Shown here: in pieces, positions 35,401 through 38,872 of the stretch
How positions within the stretch are numbered: the stretch's first letter is position 1
Layout: the number at the start of each line of letters is the position of its first letter
Assembly (NCBI GenBank): GCA_002245135.1
Contig: NGBS01000885.1
Coordinates: 124,001-162,872 of the forward strand
Direction: 5' to 3'
DNA: 38,872 bases
Origin: Proteromonas lacertae
Taxonomy: Eukaryota
The notes under the pieces: model-generated
Seen by the model: only the letters and a program-made list of their open reading frames with translations
Told to the model about the DNA's origin: nothing
The model's database searches: none
Position numbers and translations under genes: made by a program

Positions 35401-38400
35401 TAGTTTATTATCATTATCATTGTAGAATATATATATCAAATTCAGAAATCGACCTTTCTTTGTTGTTTCAACATTCAAATTTATCTCATCAACTATCGCA
35501 GCTGAAGCTACTAACATTTGATAGAAATGAATTTCATTCTTTTGAGATAATATCACAAATAATGGGAAATAATTTATCAAATATTTTTCACTATTAATTG
35601 AAATGGTAAAACTACATTTATAAATATTTTTATTTTCGCTTATTAAATAAGTTGAATAAGGATCGGGAATTCTAGCTGTTGAAGAATCATATAACACTTT
35701 AAAATCGACTACAGAATTCTTGTTTTGAATTGTCATTATCAACGAAGGAATTGAGATTATATGATTTTCATTTATCATTAATGTTCCAATTGGAGAATTC
35801 ACACTCACTCCACTTATTGAATTGATGAAATTTTCATATAAAAATGATTTCTTATTCTCAATTATGGATTTCCAAGCTAATACACTTATTATTGAATAAT
35901 ACATATTATTAGTTGAATAATAGGATTCTACTAAATATGGATATAAATCTTATAATATTCTACTATCAAATCATTCATTTCATTTCCTTTTATTCCTTTC
36001 TTACTTGTCATTATCAACTGATTCACAAATATCCAGAATATAATGGTAATACATTATAATCAACTCCAATATAATATATTCGGAAATTGGGTCTTACTAT
36101 TTTACTTTCATAAAATACTTTAGCTAAAAATTGCATTTCACCTGTTTCCATCATTACTATGATTATTCCACTGGAAGTTAAATATGTAAATACTTGTTCG
36201 ATTATGGCTTCATAACTTCTTCCATCTTTTAATATTCTGATTGATTTTAATACTTTGATGTTTAATGACGATAAATCACTTATCAATATATCTTTAGATT
36301 TTCGACAGTATTCTACATCATTGTATAAAATCAAAACTCGAAATTTTGTCTCTAAATAATCACCTTCAATATAATATTTTATTAATGTTCTGGATGTAAA
36401 TGGAATTCCAACATATACTATATTCTCTTTACATTCTAATCCTTCATAATCATGAGGATAAAATAATATCATTTTATATTCAGATAATTTCTCTTTTATC
36501 TCATTTCGCATTTCGGAATTACTTAATCCAAATATATAAGATATCTTTTCTTCTTTAAATACATCCAAAGCTCCAATTACTTTACTAACATCAGAATTTA
36601 CATCTTTTACTATTGGTAAAATTATATATCCTCTTATTCCATTGTATTTCTCATTTATTACTTTACATATCAATATGTATGATAATAACATTGCAATATC
36701 TTGTTTAGCATAAGATCCACTTAATGATAATAACAAACCAATATTTATCACTGTTCGATAGTATTTCTCAGATCTTGAACTAAGCCAGTTACAACTGTAT
36801 AGTGATTTTGGTAATATTGAATCAATATATACATTTGCTTCATTGGATTGTTCTAATAAAGTCATCATATGTGTTAATATTCCATTACTATTATAAGCAC
36901 TTATTGCTAGTGGATGACTTATCACATTATCTTGAGTAACTACTACTTTCCCAAATAACGTTTCAAATCCATCACTGAAATATAATTCATTTACTGTTGA
37001 ATCAAAATTAGATAATACAGAACTGTCTTTTATTGATTCACATAACAAGAATAATGGTAATAAATACTTCAATTCATATCCATTCATTATATAACCATTT
37101 CCTAATACATTGTTGATATAATTGATGATTTTGTTACTCTTTAGATTTATTATATCTGATATTAAGAAATAATTTATACTAATTCTATTTTGAGTAAATG
37201 AATTATCTAAATTGAATGTGTAATAATAATAACTTAGCTTATAATTATTTAAATTATTTAAGAAATATCTCAATTTATCATCACCTAAATTACAGATAAT
37301 ATAAGCATCTGAAAAATTATCTTTTTCTACTTGAATAGTAATCCAAATTACCAATAAATTGGTTTATTTTATAAGCTATAGTATTAACATTTTCATTTAA
37401 ATCTATTTGTAAATGACTTATTACTTGAATATCTAATTCTTTTATGGCTTTTAGAATTAGATTGTTTTGACTTTCTTTACTTGCATTATTATCATAAATA
37501 AATGCGATTTTACTTCCATATCCATATAATAAGAATTTCATCGCTGAATTTATAAATTGATCAGGTGAAGGAGATACAAAGAAGATGTTCTTTTTACAAA
37601 TATTTCCTTCATTTATTCCAGTATAAAATAATATAGAATTTTGTAAACATAAACTGTTAGAATATAGTTGAAGTGAATCTATTCCACATCCACCTATGAA
37701 GATTCGAATATTATATTCATTTTGATCATTTTCCATTTTTTCAATTAAGGAGGAAGTCATTGGACATTCATAATAATGATAAATCTATAAATAATAATAA
37801 TATCAATTAAATATACAATTATTCTGGAGTTTAGATAATCTTCATTTCTTATATAGTTTGCTGACCATTTCAATAATAATTCTATTTGTTCTTTTATTAG
37901 GTAATTATCATTTGATATTATTATTCCAATATGTAATGGATTGTTATAAATATTATTTATATCATATGAAAATAAATTGCATGTTTTACTAGTGTTTGTC
38001 CACATCTATAATAATAATAATAATCATTATATAAATACTGTTGTATCATATCCATTTCCATACATTGGTGAAGGATAATCTAAGAGATCAAAATCACCTA
38101 ACACCATACAACCATAAAACCTGATCTTGCACATGGTAAAAAATATGATAGCAAATCCTTTGGTATAATAATGAGATTCAGATAATTTCACTCCATCCAA
38201 TTCTGCTGTTTTCATTTCTAAATTGTGGAGATAATTCATCATGGATTCTACCTTAAAAGTACCAATTTTTGAATATCCATCTCTCAATATTTTCATTGGT
38301 TGATAAACATTCAAGAAGTTTTGAGTGATTAAATCTTTTGTTCCTGAAACTAATTCTATATCTTGGACTAGTTTATTAAAAGAATTTGATGTAGAAAGTG

Positions 38401-38872
38401 GATTATAACTAAAAACAAAATATTGATAAGCATCAGTTTTGTCAAATTTATCTCTAAATATATAATTGATCATATATGAATTTAAACAAGATCTACTATA
38501 AAATTTGGAATAACTATTTTATATTATCTACATCCATTGATAGAACCAAAAATACACTTTTTCATTAAGATTTTTATATGATGTACAAATTCCATTAAAA
38601 TCTACATAACCTACTGATTTTATTATGTGGAAGTGTATCATTATATCCTTTGTAGATCAGATAATTCTTAGATTGTTCAGTTAATGAGATTGAAAATCTA
38701 TTATATATATAAATAAAAACTATTATACTCATCTTATCATCATATATTATTATCACATTCTTTGTCAAACTCAATATTGTATCAATTGTCAAATATAAAC
38801 TATTCTCATTTACTCTAGAATAGTAAAAAAAGAGATAGTTAAAGAAAATATATTATATTAAGATCAACAGAA
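29486..38872 (-). repeat. Right arm of the inverted repeat (runs off the window)
   Basis: Appears identical to the left arm up to ~35950. Small indels then increase, for a net ~14 bp shorter by the window end. Confidence 0.97.
29510..38872 (-). CDS. Second (inverted) copy of the giant multi-PBP GPCR, 5'-partial, with apparent frameshifts distally
   Basis: Mirror ORFs 29510-29800, 29985-31340 and 31525-35904 translate identically to copy 1. AT-AC introns are mirrored at 29809-29864 and 31500-31567. Indels at ~35950, ~36028, ~37322 and several beyond 38075. Confidence 0.75.

Noticed and set aside
29486..38872. Second receptor copy as a retrocopy, since homology ends near the 3' end of the gene
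   Set aside because: All introns are retained and there is no poly(A) tract.
1..38872. Alternative genetic code or stop codons created by polyadenylation
   Set aside because: In-frame stops are explained by short introns or isolated 1-2-nt indels, and all complete genes end in a genomic stop.

Overview
AT-rich, very compact eukaryotic genomic DNA. Intergenic gaps are often under 100 bp and most GT-AG introns are about 25-37 nt. This architecture resembles Blastocystis or related gut stramenopiles (inference only). The left third holds a 5'-truncated surface protein, an EF-hand protein, TIP41, a four-gene SLAC1/TehA-like cluster with variable outer loops, an unknown gene, APC13, TMEM147 (with an intronic C/D snoRNA complementary to U6) and an SLC25A39/40-like carrier. 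The main feature is a ~3,900-aa receptor gene (14629-26834): signal peptide, nine tandem UrtA/AmiC-like periplasmic-binding (Venus-flytrap) domains, then a class C GPCR 7TM domain. Its reading frame closes only if three AT-AC (U12-type) introns are spliced. At least 9.4 kb of this gene is repeated in inverted orientation (29486 to the window end). The 2.6-kb spacer carries a hAT transposon with 13-bp TIRs, an 8-bp target duplication and a frameshifted transposase. Gene models and family calls were made by eye without database searches, and the palindrome could be an assembly artefact.
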